Below, piece after piece: positions 39,264-48,540 of a stretch of DNA of 64,000 nt. The position numbers and the translations under genes are program-made. The first letter of the stretch is position 1. Each line of letters starts with the position of its first letter. This DNA is from Bdellovibrio sp. (GTDB taxonomy: Bacteria > Bdellovibrionota > Bdellovibrionia > Bdellovibrionales > Bdellovibrionaceae), in contig JAYTPA010000109.1 of the NCBI GenBank assembly GCA_043747495.1, positions 12,099 through 76,098 on the forward strand, read 5' to 3'. The notes beneath the pieces are model-generated. The model did no database searches and was not told where the DNA came from. It saw nothing but the letters and a program-made list of their open reading frames with translations.

Positions 39264-40733
39264 ATGCAGTCTATGCAGAATTTACTTAAGAACAGTTTTA
39301 TCATTGGACTTTTTTTTAGCTCGCTGTTTCTATTTTCGAGCTGCACAAACTCCGCTTCCCAGCCACCTAAAGCCATCGAAATTTCAAAAGCCGAACAATA
39401 CACAGCTAAAGAAAAAGAACTTATTTACGAAGAAGCTATGGCTGATGGATTTGTTTCGCCAGATTATAATCCAACAGAGTCAAAATCAGCATCCACTAAA
39501 TGTGAAATATTTAAAAGTAAAATTCCTGAAAACTGGGTTCAAAATACGATACTAGTCCCTGAGGATTACAGCCAGCCGGAAGGCGAAAAAATTGAAATTT
39601 TTTACTATCATCGTCATTTAAAAACAACAGATATACCAGTTGTATTTTTTAATGGTGGTCCATTCACTAACAGCTGGGGATCTTCCACATTATTATCACA
39701 ATCCCTTGGCTTTTATAGCGAATGGGAGAACATCAATTTTATTTATATTGATCAACGCGGAACAGGCTGTTCAAGTAAGGCGCCTAGTCGTCTAGAAAAA
39801 TCTATTCTTAAAAGACAAAGCCTTTATGGATCAAATGAAATTGTTAAAGATGCCGAAGAGGTTCGCAAAGCGATCCTTGGAAATAAACCTTGGAAAGTTT
39901 TTGGTCAAAGCTATGGTGCCCACATCGTCCACCGCTATTCAATAAGCCATCCTGAATCAGTGATCTCATTTCATGCCCACGGTAATGCAATCACAGCTAC
40001 AGCTGAAGAACGCTTTGAAATGCGAATTAAGTCACAACTGCGCGTGCTTAACTATTATATGCAGTCTTACCCTACTGATCAAAATCGTTTGAAAGTTTTA
40101 TTTAATACTTTGAACAAAGATTATTGTATTTCACAAAATGAATCTTCAATCTGCGGTCACGAAATTCTGCAAATGTTTACATCTGAAATGGGATTTATCC
40201 GAAAATGGCCTGATGTTCATAGATGGCTAACACTTCTAGTGCCGAAAGATAAAATTTCTGAATTAGGTTTAAAAGATTTTGCCAAAAGAAATATTTTTAT
40301 TACTGCTGATACGTCTTTGCCGAATTCTATACATTCTGTGATTAACTACGTTGATCGTGGCGTTAAAGAGCCTGATTTTAAATCTTGCGTGCAAGTGATC
40401 ACAAAAATGAAAGCCGAAAAGCTGGACATAAATGCCTTTTATATTCATGAATGTTTATCAGCGCTACAAAATGGCCCTCGAAAAATAGAAACTTTTAATC
40501 TCAGTTTTCTAAAACAAAATTTAATGACTTTGTTGCAGTTTAAAAAAAGTTTAATGACGCATCAAAAACCATTTTACCTTTATTCTGGAGAAAAAGATCC
40601 TTACACACCAAAAGAATATTTTAAAGACGAAGTTATCCAGCTTGGATCATTAATCAATTACACTCACTTTTTAGATTCTGGTCATGATGGCTTCTATACT
40701 GAGCCACAAGTGTTTGAAGATTTACTGAAATAA
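39264..40733 (+). CDS. Lipoprotein alpha/beta hydrolase, peptidase S33/TAP-like
   Basis: FSSC lipobox; FNGGP, DQRGTG.S, GQSYG nucleophile, GEKD, GH; start may be ATG 39273. Confidence 0.85.
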   Translation: MQSMQNLLKNSFIIGLFFSSLFLFSSCTNSASQPPKAIEISKAEQYTAKEKELIYEEAMADGFVSPDYNPTESKSASTKCEIFKSKIPENWVQNTILVPEDYSQPEGEKIEIFYYHRHLKTTDIPVVFFNGGPFTNSWGSSTLLSQSLGFYSEWENINFIYIDQRGTGCSSKAPSRLEKSILKRQSLYGSNEIVKDAEEVRKAILGNKPWKVFGQSYGAHIVHRYSISHPESVISFHAHGNAITATAEERFEMRIKSQLRVLNYYMQSYPTDQNRLKVLFNTLNKDYCISQNESSICGHEILQMFTSEMGFIRKWPDVHRWLTLLVPKDKISELGLKDFAKRNIFITADTSLPNSIHSVINYVDRGVKEPDFKSCVQVITKMKAEKLDINAFYIHECLSALQNGPRKIETFNLSFLKQNLMTLLQFKKSLMTHQKPFYLYSGEKDPYTPKEYFKDEVIQLGSLINYTHFLDSGHDGFYTEPQVFEDLLK

Positions 40734-40748
40734 CTATTTGAGTAGCTA

Positions 40749-41525
40749 CTATTTTAAATGCTCACGAATGTAAGCTGAACCTTGATCCATCAGCCAAACA
40801 ACAATGGCAAAGACAATGACAATAGTTCCGACTTCGGGCCACAAGCCTTGACCCTGATACTGAATCAGTAAAGCCCCAATACCACCACCGCCAACAAGAC
40901 CTATAATTGTGGCCATACGCACATTAATATCCCAGCGATAAATCGTGATCGAGATATACGGCAAAAGAACTTGTGGAACAATGGCGAACCAAATAGTTTG
41001 TAATTTACTGGCTCCGCAAGATTGAATGCCTTCAATGGGGCCGTCACTGACCGTTTCGACCATTTCTGAATATTGTTTTGCTAGTGAAGCTATCGAATGA
41101 ATCATCAACGCTAACATTCCCGCAAAAGGTCCGATACCAACCCATACAGAAAAAATAATCGCCCACAAAATGGCTTCTACAGAACGAATAACATTAAATA
41201 ACGTCCGTAAAGTTATATAAATAAAATAGTTAACAGGCCCCTTCATCAAATTTTTTGCAGAAATAAAACTGAGCACAAAGGCTAACGGGATAGCTAAAAC
41301 TGTTGCCACAAAGGCCATAAAGATAGATTTAACCATTCCGAGCAAGACCTCTGGCAATATATTCAAGTTCGGTGAAAGAAGACTTTTAAAAAGGCGAAGC
41401 ACCCCTTTAAGACCATCTCTATTTAATAATTCAAAAAGTGAGAACTCAACAATATATAACCCCACTATAAATAAAACTAAAAACAAAATGATTAAAATAA
41501 ATGTTTTAATATGAAGTGATTTCAT
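40749..41525 (-). CDS. phnE: Phosphonate/phosphite ABC transporter permease
   Basis: VGIGPFAGMLAL, EGIQSCGAS, YRWDINVRMATIIGLVGGGGIG. Confidence 0.92.
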   Translation of the reverse strand: MKSLHIKTFILIILFLVLFIVGLYIVEFSLFELLNRDGLKGVLRLFKSLLSPNLNILPEVLLGMVKSIFMAFVATVLAIPLAFVLSFISAKNLMKGPVNYFIYITLRTLFNVIRSVEAILWAIIFSVWVGIGPFAGMLALMIHSIASLAKQYSEMVETVSDGPIEGIQSCGASKLQTIWFAIVPQVLLPYISITIYRWDINVRMATIIGLVGGGGIGALLIQYQGQGLWPEVGTIVIVFAIVVWLMDQGSAYIREHLK

Positions 41526-42292
41526 TCTACGCCACTGCCGTATATTTTTTTAAACCAAACATCGTCAATATTTTCAGGAGTTCCATTAAAAATGATACTC
41601 CCATCTTTAAGAGCCAGTATTTTAGTCGCATATTGTTTGATTAATTCTAATGAATGTAAATTACAGATGATCGTCATTCCCAATTCACGATTTAATTTTT
41701 GCAGATCGCTCATCACAATATGACTTGTCGCTGGATCTAACGAAGCCACAGGTTCATCAGCTAATAAAATTTGAGGGTTTTGAAGTAACGCTCTGGCAAT
41801 CGCAACACGTTGTTGCTGACCACCCGATAACTGATCGGCTCTGATCTCTGCTTTATCAGCAATACCCAACCGTTGTAGACTTTTAAGTGCGTTCAGCTGA
41901 TCAGATGCCGAAAACAATCCGAAAATACTTTTCCAATTCGACATTCTTGAAAGCTGCCCCATTAAGACATTACTTAAAACCGTGTGACGTGAAATCAAAT
42001 TAAATTGTTGAAAGATCATTCCAATATTTTGTCTGAGCCATTTGATCTGAGATGAAACTTTTAGGCCGGCTATATCTGTTTTGTGCTGACCATCATTAAA
42101 TAGAATTTCACCAGAAGTCGGATCGTGCAATCGATTAATACATCTTAGTAATGTTGATTTGCCAGATCCACTTAGGCCAATAATAACTAAAAACTCACTT
42201 TTTTGAACATCAAAACTAATCCCTTTTAAAGCTTCTATTCCGTTAGGGTATGTTTTTTTCAAATTTTTTATCGATAAAATAGGTTCAGACAT
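41522..42292 (-). CDS. phnC: Phosphonate ABC transporter ATP-binding protein
   Basis: GLSGSGKSTLLRCINRL, IFQQFNL, LSGGQQQRVAIARAL, LADEPVASLDP; start set to ATG 42292. Confidence 0.93.
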   Translation of the reverse strand: MSEPILSIKNLKKTYPNGIEALKGISFDVQKSEFLVIIGLSGSGKSTLLRCINRLHDPTSGEILFNDGQHKTDIAGLKVSSQIKWLRQNIGMIFQQFNLISRHTVLSNVLMGQLSRMSNWKSIFGLFSASDQLNALKSLQRLGIADKAEIRADQLSGGQQQRVAIARALLQNPQILLADEPVASLDPATSHIVMSDLQKLNRELGMTIICNLHSLELIKQYATKILALKDGSIIFNGTPENIDDVWFKKIYGSGVE

Positions 42293-42355
42293 TGAAAAGA
42301 AACTATCAAAAAAACCGCTATGATTCCAAGTCTTTCGATTGTACAATCGAAGACT

Positions 42356-43048
42356 ATGTCAGGTCTTGAAAAAATCCTCAGTGATCTTGCCCAAAATTCA
42401 CGCAACTTATGCGTTTTTGATCTTGATTCAACTTTATTTAATGTCAGCCCACGCACTCAAAGAATACTTCATGAATTTGCAGACCTTTACCATCAGGATT
42501 TAAAATCTGTCGAAATCGAAGCTTCTGATTGGGGGCTTAAAGAGCCTTTGATCAGACACGGTTATAGCCTGGAACAGCATTCGCAGATTCATCAAGGCCT
42601 CAGAGATTTTTGGGTCGAACGTTTTTTTTCAAATAATTACATTCACTACGATGTACCTTACGCAGGTGCGATCAGCTTTGTTCAGAAGTTATCATTAGAT
42701 TCTAAAAATAATATTTATTACTTAACAGGCCGTGATGTTCACCGCATGGAAAAAGGCACATACGAAGTTTTAAAAAAATGGGGTTTTCCAATTTCTGAAA
42801 ATTCAGTTCAGTTAAAACCCCACAGATCGATGGAAGATCATTTGTTTAAAAGAGATTGGATTTTAGATCTACAAAATAAAAATCCTGACAGCACTATTTA
42901 TTTATTTGAAAATGAACCCGTTAACATTAATTTTATTGGAAAAACCTTGAAAAACATTGAAATTGTTTTTTTAGATACGACTCATTCGAGAAAAGAACAA
43001 GTTAATGTTCAAGTTATTAAAATCAGTGACTTTAGAAGGAGTATCTAA
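42356..43048 (+). CDS. HAD-superfamily phosphatase (class B acid phosphatase-like)
   Basis: VFDLDSTL motif I, YLTGR motif II, K, FENEP.N; start ATG 42356 or 42320. Confidence 0.8.
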   Translation: MSGLEKILSDLAQNSRNLCVFDLDSTLFNVSPRTQRILHEFADLYHQDLKSVEIEASDWGLKEPLIRHGYSLEQHSQIHQGLRDFWVERFFSNNYIHYDVPYAGAISFVQKLSLDSKNNIYYLTGRDVHRMEKGTYEVLKKWGFPISENSVQLKPHRSMEDHLFKRDWILDLQNKNPDSTIYLFENEPVNINFIGKTLKNIEIVFLDTTHSRKEQVNVQVIKISDFRRSI

Positions 43049-43050
43049 AA

Positions 43051-43728
43051 ATGCTTTACCTTGTGGCCACACCGATTGGCGAATTAACTGAAATCACTTT
43101 ACGAGCTTTAGAGATTTTAAAATCGGCTGATATTATTTTATGCGAATCGACGAAAGAAACGTCGAGGCTTTTAAAGCATTTAGATATCAAAGCCAAAAAA
43201 TATGAAGTCCTCAATGAACACAGTACATTGGAAGACCTAAAAATGCTGGTTGGTCTTTGCAAAAACCAAACAGTAGCTTTAGTTTCAGATTGTGGCACAC
43301 CTGGTTTTTGTGATCCTGGAAATAATTTAATTTATTTTTGCCGACAACAAAAAATTCCTGTTAAAACTATTCTGGGAGCTTCGTCGCTGATGGGGCTTCT
43401 CTCGCTATCATCACAAAGATTAAATGAATTTATTTTTCGAGGTTTCTTACCAGCAGAAAATGAATCCAGAGAAAAAGAGTGGCTGAAAATTAAATCCGAA
43501 AAAAGAGCTATTATCATCATGGACACACCTTACCGCTTAAGAAAGACAATTGACGAGCTTCATCGTCATTTCCCAAGTCGGCAGGCATTGTTAGCTCTAA
43601 ACTTATCACAAGAAGACGAATTAATACTTGAAGGTAACCCGTCACAAATCATACAAAACTTAGACCGTGATAAAGCTGAGTTTATGTTAATGATCTACCC
43701 AGATACAGGAACCAATAAATCGAAATGA
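43051..43728 (+). CDS. rsmI: 16S rRNA C1402 2'-O-methyltransferase (RsmI-like)
   Basis: LYLVATPIG, ITLRALEIL, ALVSDCGTPGFCDPG, FRGFLP. Confidence 0.9.
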   Translation: MLYLVATPIGELTEITLRALEILKSADIILCESTKETSRLLKHLDIKAKKYEVLNEHSTLEDLKMLVGLCKNQTVALVSDCGTPGFCDPGNNLIYFCRQQKIPVKTILGASSLMGLLSLSSQRLNEFIFRGFLPAENESREKEWLKIKSEKRAIIIMDTPYRLRKTIDELHRHFPSRQALLALNLSQEDELILEGNPSQIIQNLDRDKAEFMLMIYPDTGTNKSK

Positions 43729-46175
43729 AACTAGTTCTACCAATTGATTCTCATTTAGATCATGTGATACAGCTTTTAAAATCTCAAAAACCAATGATTT
43801 TAACGGCCTCTCCTGGATCAGGAAAAACCACCCGATTCCCTGCTGCTTTATTAGAACAAAACATTAAAAACAAGGTCTCAAAAAAAATAATTGTTATTGT
43901 TCCTAAAAGAATTTCAGCTGTGGCCGCAGCTGACCGGATTGCCAGTGAAAACAATTGGACCTTGGGGCAAGAAGTAGGCTACCAAGTCAGGTTTGAAAGT
44001 CGCCTAACAACTCAGACACAGTTGGTTTTTATGACTGAAGGTTTGTTTCTGCAAAAACTCAATGACCCTGAATTTTGGCAAAGTATACAAACATTAGTTC
44101 TGGATGAATTTCATGAACGATCGTCACAAATTGATCTTATATTAGGCTTAGCCTATGAAAAATATATTTTAGACGCTGAATTCAATTTAGTGATTATGTC
44201 TGCAACTTTGCATGTAGATGAATTAAAAAAATATCTAAGTGATTGCCACAGTTATGATATCAATCACAAACCTTTTCCCTTAGAAATCATTTATCATGAA
44301 AAAACCCAAAAACTGAAATGTGATGATGATTTTCATAAAGAACTACTTCAGATTTTACAAACTGCTTTTAAAAAAACAAAAAAAGATATTCTTATTTTTT
44401 TACCAGGACTGGGCGAAATTCTTAAATTTAAAAAGACAATTGAAAATTTATTTCAAACCGGAACGCCGACAGAAATTTTGCATGGATCTGTGTCATTAGA
44501 TGAACAAAAAAGAATTATCACTGCCAAAAATCACCGACGAATTATATTAAGCACAAATGTGGCCGAGTCCTCAGTGACTGTTCAAGGTGTAGATTGCGTG
44601 ATTGATTCTGGTTTAGAAAAAGTAAAAGACTTTGAAGTAAAAATGGGTTTTTCTGGTTTAAAACTCAGTCGAATATCTCAGTTTTCAGCGATACAACGTT
44701 CAGGACGTGCGGCCCGTGAAAAAGAGGGCGTTTGCTATCGCTTTTGGCATAACATCGATGAACGCTCTATGAAAAAACAATCTGAGCCTGACATAATAAG
44801 TACAGACCTCATTTATGAAGTTCTTAAATTAAAACAACTGGGTATTGATAATATTCATTCATTTTCATGGTTAACTAAACCTTCTTCAATGCAAATCAAT
44901 ACAGCTACCCAAAAACTGAAAAAATGGGGACTATTAGACGCTAACGAAAATCTAACTGTTTTAGGGGAAAAAATCAGTCGTGCACCGATTTCAGCTGAAT
45001 TAGCTGTGCTGCATGAATCATTAAAATATCAATATCCACATTTTGCTTCGGTTTTAGTGACTCGTCTTGATCAAGGCCAATTTGATAAACAAATCGAAGA
45101 CGCTCAAAAACAGAACGAATCTGATTTTCAAGTCTTAACAGATGAAAGTCGTTTTTCGTTTCAAGAGAAAAAACTATATCAACAGTTACGACCACCATCG
45201 AAAAATCAAACTGAAAATCAAGATCAATTTTTGAATGATGTGATACGTTCGTATATTAAAAATTTTCCAGAAAAAGTTATATTTAAAAAATCTAAAACAA
45301 CTGGAGTTTCTTTAAATGGAAGAGGCATAGTCATTTCAAATCAGTCATCATCTACGCAATCAGATTATTTAATCGCTTTATCAGGTAAGGAAAGTCATTT
45401 AGATTCAACGACAATCACGGCATCGATTGGCTTTGATAAAGTATTAGCCCAAAAGCTGTTTCAAGATTTTTCTGAAACTAAGGTCAGTATTGAGTTTGAT
45501 TCTTTAAAAAAGACTTTCTACAAATTAGAACAAAAAGTTTTTGGATCATTAGTCATTGCAGATTACGGAAAAGTCCCTATAAAGCAAGCTGACCTTAATC
45601 AAATCTGGAAATCAGAATTCATAAAAAATCCAAATGTTTTTTTTGAACTACACCATCAGTTTGAAAGCCTCTCTGAAAAAATTCATTTTTTAATCAAAAA
45701 ATCTTCCTATTTAAAGTTGACTAGCCAGCAAGCCAGTCAGCTTTTGAATTGGAAAACACTTATTAGCCAAACAATATTAGATTATTATTCTCAGTTTGAT
45801 GAGTTTTTAAATTGTGATTTATTTTATCTGGTCCATCAAATTTTCGATGATGATTTAAATAGTTTTCTGCAAGCATTGCCCGATTCAATTAAAGCCCCTA
45901 ATAGTAAAACCATTAAAGTGAATTACACAGATGAAAAAGCACCACTGATTTCATTAAAAATCCAAGATGCTTTTGGTTGGAATGAAACTCCGCAATTAGC
46001 CAGTCCGATCAATCTGCCATTTACACTTGAATTATTAGCTCCGAATATGCGACCTGCACAAATTACAAATCAATTGGGTTTATTCTGGAAAAATAGTTAT
46101 TTAGACGTTAGAAAAGAATTAAAAGCCCGCTATCCCAAACACCCATGGCCTGAAGATCCGACGCAAAAAGAATAG
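43725..46175 (+). CDS. hrpB: ATP-dependent DEAH RNA helicase HrpB
   Basis: PGSGKTT, GYQVRFE, DEFHER, MSAT, QRSGRAAR, C-terminal ELKARYPKHPWPEDP. Confidence 0.95.
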   Translation: MKLVLPIDSHLDHVIQLLKSQKPMILTASPGSGKTTRFPAALLEQNIKNKVSKKIIVIVPKRISAVAAADRIASENNWTLGQEVGYQVRFESRLTTQTQLVFMTEGLFLQKLNDPEFWQSIQTLVLDEFHERSSQIDLILGLAYEKYILDAEFNLVIMSATLHVDELKKYLSDCHSYDINHKPFPLEIIYHEKTQKLKCDDDFHKELLQILQTAFKKTKKDILIFLPGLGEILKFKKTIENLFQTGTPTEILHGSVSLDEQKRIITAKNHRRIILSTNVAESSVTVQGVDCVIDSGLEKVKDFEVKMGFSGLKLSRISQFSAIQRSGRAAREKEGVCYRFWHNIDERSMKKQSEPDIISTDLIYEVLKLKQLGIDNIHSFSWLTKPSSMQINTATQKLKKWGLLDANENLTVLGEKISRAPISAELAVLHESLKYQYPHFASVLVTRLDQGQFDKQIEDAQKQNESDFQVLTDESRFSFQEKKLYQQLRPPSKNQTENQDQFLNDVIRSYIKNFPEKVIFKKSKTTGVSLNGRGIVISNQSSSTQSDYLIALSGKESHLDSTTITASIGFDKVLAQKLFQDFSETKVSIEFDSLKKTFYKLEQKVFGSLVIADYGKVPIKQADLNQIWKSEFIKNPNVFFELHHQFESLSEKIHFLIKKSSYLKLTSQQASQLLNWKTLISQTILDYYSQFDEFLNCDLFYLVHQIFDDDLNSFLQALPDSIKAPNSKTIKVNYTDEKAPLISLKIQDAFGWNETPQLASPINLPFTLELLAPNMRPAQITNQLGLFWKNSYLDVRKELKARYPKHPWPEDPTQKE

Positions 46176-46225
46176 GGATCGATTTTTACAAATTTTTATT
46201 TTCAAAAAACACAAATTCTAGCACT

Positions 46226-46270
46226 AAAAATGCATAAAGCGAAGATGGGTATACCCAGCTTCGCTTTATG
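46226..46270 (-). terminator. Terminator-like long hairpin
   Basis: CATAAAGCGAAG.TGGGT/ACCCA.CTTCGCTTTATG; followed by CATTTTT on the minus strand. Confidence 0.65.
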
Positions 46271-46405
46271 AGGCCTAAAACTTCCATTTTTGATTGGAGG
46301 TTCCTAATGCCGGATTTCTATAATCACCGTTATAGACTCTAGATCGGCATCTTGACAACTGTACACAGTTCTAGGTCGGACTTAAAATCCGTAAGTTTTA
46401 GGTCT
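46271..46405. ncRNA. Candidate structured non-coding RNA (unassigned family)
   Basis: 13-bp closing stem AGGCCTAAAACTT/AAGTTTTAGGTCT enclosing several nested stems; G-U pairs favour the plus strand. Confidence 0.45.
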
Positions 46406-46432
46406 TAAGGATAAGTGAGTTGGGCGTATCCG

Positions 46433-46942
46433 CTATTTCGTTAACACGATCGACTTTGGTGCGACGATGACTTGGTAGGGTTCTATATCGTGCATAACGA
46501 CGGCATTAGCACCAATTTTGGCATAATCACCAATATGTATGGGTCCCAAAACTTTTGCGCCAGTGCCAATAAGAACGTGATTCCCCACTGTTGGATGGCG
46601 TTTGATTTTATCAAATTTGACTCCGCCTAAAGTCACCCCGTGAAATATAATACAGTCATTGCCAATGATAGCCGTTTCGCCAATCACACAACCAACGCCA
46701 TGATCGATCACAAGACGTTCGCCGATTTGAGCACCAGGGTGGATTTCGATGCCAGTCACAGTTCTAGAAATATCGGCAACAAATCGAGCTAGAAAGAAAA
46801 ATTTAGAGTTATAAAGAAAATGAGCGATGCAGTGAAAAAATAAAGCTCGCGGGCCTGGATAAAGAAAAAATATTTCAAGTAATGATTTAGCCGCAGGATC
46901 GTAATTTTTGTAAGCTTTTAAAAGTTGTATTAGCTTTTCCAT
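46433..46942 (-). CDS. cysE: Serine O-acetyltransferase (short form)
   Basis: DPAAKS...YPG, TGIEIHPGAQIG, IDHG, GVTLGG, RHPTVG, GAKVLGPI. Confidence 0.95.
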   Translation of the reverse strand: MEKLIQLLKAYKNYDPAAKSLLEIFFLYPGPRALFFHCIAHFLYNSKFFFLARFVADISRTVTGIEIHPGAQIGERLVIDHGVGCVIGETAIIGNDCIIFHGVTLGGVKFDKIKRHPTVGNHVLIGTGAKVLGPIHIGDYAKIGANAVVMHDIEPYQVIVAPKSIVLTK

Positions 46943-47910
46943 TTTGTTTTTAAATCCTCAAGAAAGAAATAGCGCTCAAACCCTTCGTGATATCTTGACC
47001 ACGACTCCCCGGCTTCACGCTCTAAGTTAACAAAATTCATCATTGTATCAATTTTTGAATCAAGATCATCAATCATTGCAATAACAAGTGCTTCAGGAAC
47101 CATTGGAAGCTTCGGAGAACCATATTCGATTTTTCCGTGATGTGAAAGGATAATATGTTTTAAGATAATTTTTAGATCCTCAGGAAATCCCAGAACCTGC
47201 TGAGATTTTTTTTCAACTAATTCGCAAGCTAATAACATGTGACCTAACAGTTGTCCGGATTGTGTGTAATAAATTTGCTGCTGTTGATTAATGTCGAGTT
47301 CCCATATTTTACCTAAATCATGAAATATCGCACCAAATATCAGTAAATCTTTGTTTAAAAAAGTATAGTGCTGGCTGATTGAATTCATCAATCGACAGAT
47401 AGAAACAATGTGAACTAACAAACCTGATTTGTAAGCATGGTGAATCGATTTTGCCGCAGGAGCTTTTAACAAACGACTTTTAATTTCTTCGTCTTGTAGA
47501 CTTTCTAACATCAATTGCTTTAAGGGTAAAATTTCAACGGCTTGAACTTGGGCTATTAATTCAGACCACAAAGCATGAGCATCAACTTCTTTTTCTTTCA
47601 TTTTATAGTCGTCTTTATTGATCGACTGATCAGTTACTTTTTCTAGCTTATGTATAACTAATTGCTTGCGCTGGTTGTAAACTTGGATAAGGCCTTTAAC
47701 AGTGACTAAGTCACCGATTTCAAATTGATCTTCAAGTTCAGTGACGTTGTCCCAAATTCTGGCTTCAATCTGCCCTGACTGATCACCAATCAGAAGTGTT
47801 AAAAAAGTACGACCCGTTTTCCCAACACCTTTGGTTTTATCCTTCACCAAAAAAATTCTTTGGCTGACTGGATCTTTATCATTCAATAATTTAAGTGGAG
47901 TTGTATTCAT
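46930..47910 (-). CDS. yhaM: 3'-5' exoribonuclease YhaM/Cbf1 (OB plus HD)
   Basis: OB fold (GDQSGQIEARIWD), PAAKSIHHAYKSGLLVH, HDLGK, HHGKIEYGSP, DDLD. Confidence 0.92.
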   Translation of the reverse strand: MNTTPLKLLNDKDPVSQRIFLVKDKTKGVGKTGRTFLTLLIGDQSGQIEARIWDNVTELEDQFEIGDLVTVKGLIQVYNQRKQLVIHKLEKVTDQSINKDDYKMKEKEVDAHALWSELIAQVQAVEILPLKQLMLESLQDEEIKSRLLKAPAAKSIHHAYKSGLLVHIVSICRLMNSISQHYTFLNKDLLIFGAIFHDLGKIWELDINQQQQIYYTQSGQLLGHMLLACELVEKKSQQVLGFPEDLKIILKHIILSHHGKIEYGSPKLPMVPEALVIAMIDDLDSKIDTMMNFVNLEREAGESWSRYHEGFERYFFLEDLKTKWKS

Positions 47911-47916
47911 ATCTTC

Positions 47917-48540
47917 CTATTTTATTGAAAAAATTTTATGGCAAAGTTTGTCTTCTTGCTGGCTATCTGTGATATCAAGATGAGAAATAAAAATATTTTT
48001 TTCTTTTTTCATAACAAAAATATATTGTCCTGCTGTCACGTACAGATGGCGAAGATCAGTGGTGTTCAATTTTAAGAAATCAATTTTTTGAAAATCTAAA
48101 AATTGATTGTATAAATCAGTCCACTGCCCACAGCCTAAACCTAATTGACTATTCTCCAGCGCTATTTTTGGTGCGTTACTGATATAAAATAAATGTTCTA
48201 CAGTTGTTTTTTCATCAAATTGTTCTTTTGGAAAACTGAGATAAAAACTACCATGTCCAAAGATGTATTTTGAATAATCTAAAGTCCCGCCGCCGCTTGG
48301 AAAATGAATATCAAATGTATTGGCTTTCATAACTGAACTTGTATCAGCATGAAGCCTAACAACAAGTGGTGTAAATATATATTGAGCATCAGGATACTTT
48401 TTTTGAAGACGATAAAATAAATCCTGTGGGACTTTAAAATCTTGCGCTGTCTCATTGACATAAATTTTTTCAGGAGCCGTTTGTGTTTTTTGAGTACACC
48501 CGGCCAAAATCAATAAGCCTATGATCATCCATTTATTCAT
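47917..48540 (-). CDS. Hypothetical lipoprotein
   Basis: LILAGC lipobox; overlaps the upstream gene. Confidence 0.75.
   Translation of the reverse strand: MNKWMIIGLLILAGCTQKTQTAPEKIYVNETAQDFKVPQDLFYRLQKKYPDAQYIFTPLVVRLHADTSSVMKANTFDIHFPSGGGTLDYSKYIFGHGSFYLSFPKEQFDEKTTVEHLFYISNAPKIALENSQLGLGCGQWTDLYNQFLDFQKIDFLKLNTTDLRHLYVTAGQYIFVMKKEKNIFISHLDITDSQQEDKLCHKIFSIK

Noticed and set aside
46271-46405. Assignment as 6S RNA, c-di-GMP riboswitch, retron msr-msd or self-cleaving ribozyme
   Set aside because: Terminal stem too short for typical 6S, no GEMM or ribozyme core motifs recognised, no reverse transcriptase nearby; kept as unassigned
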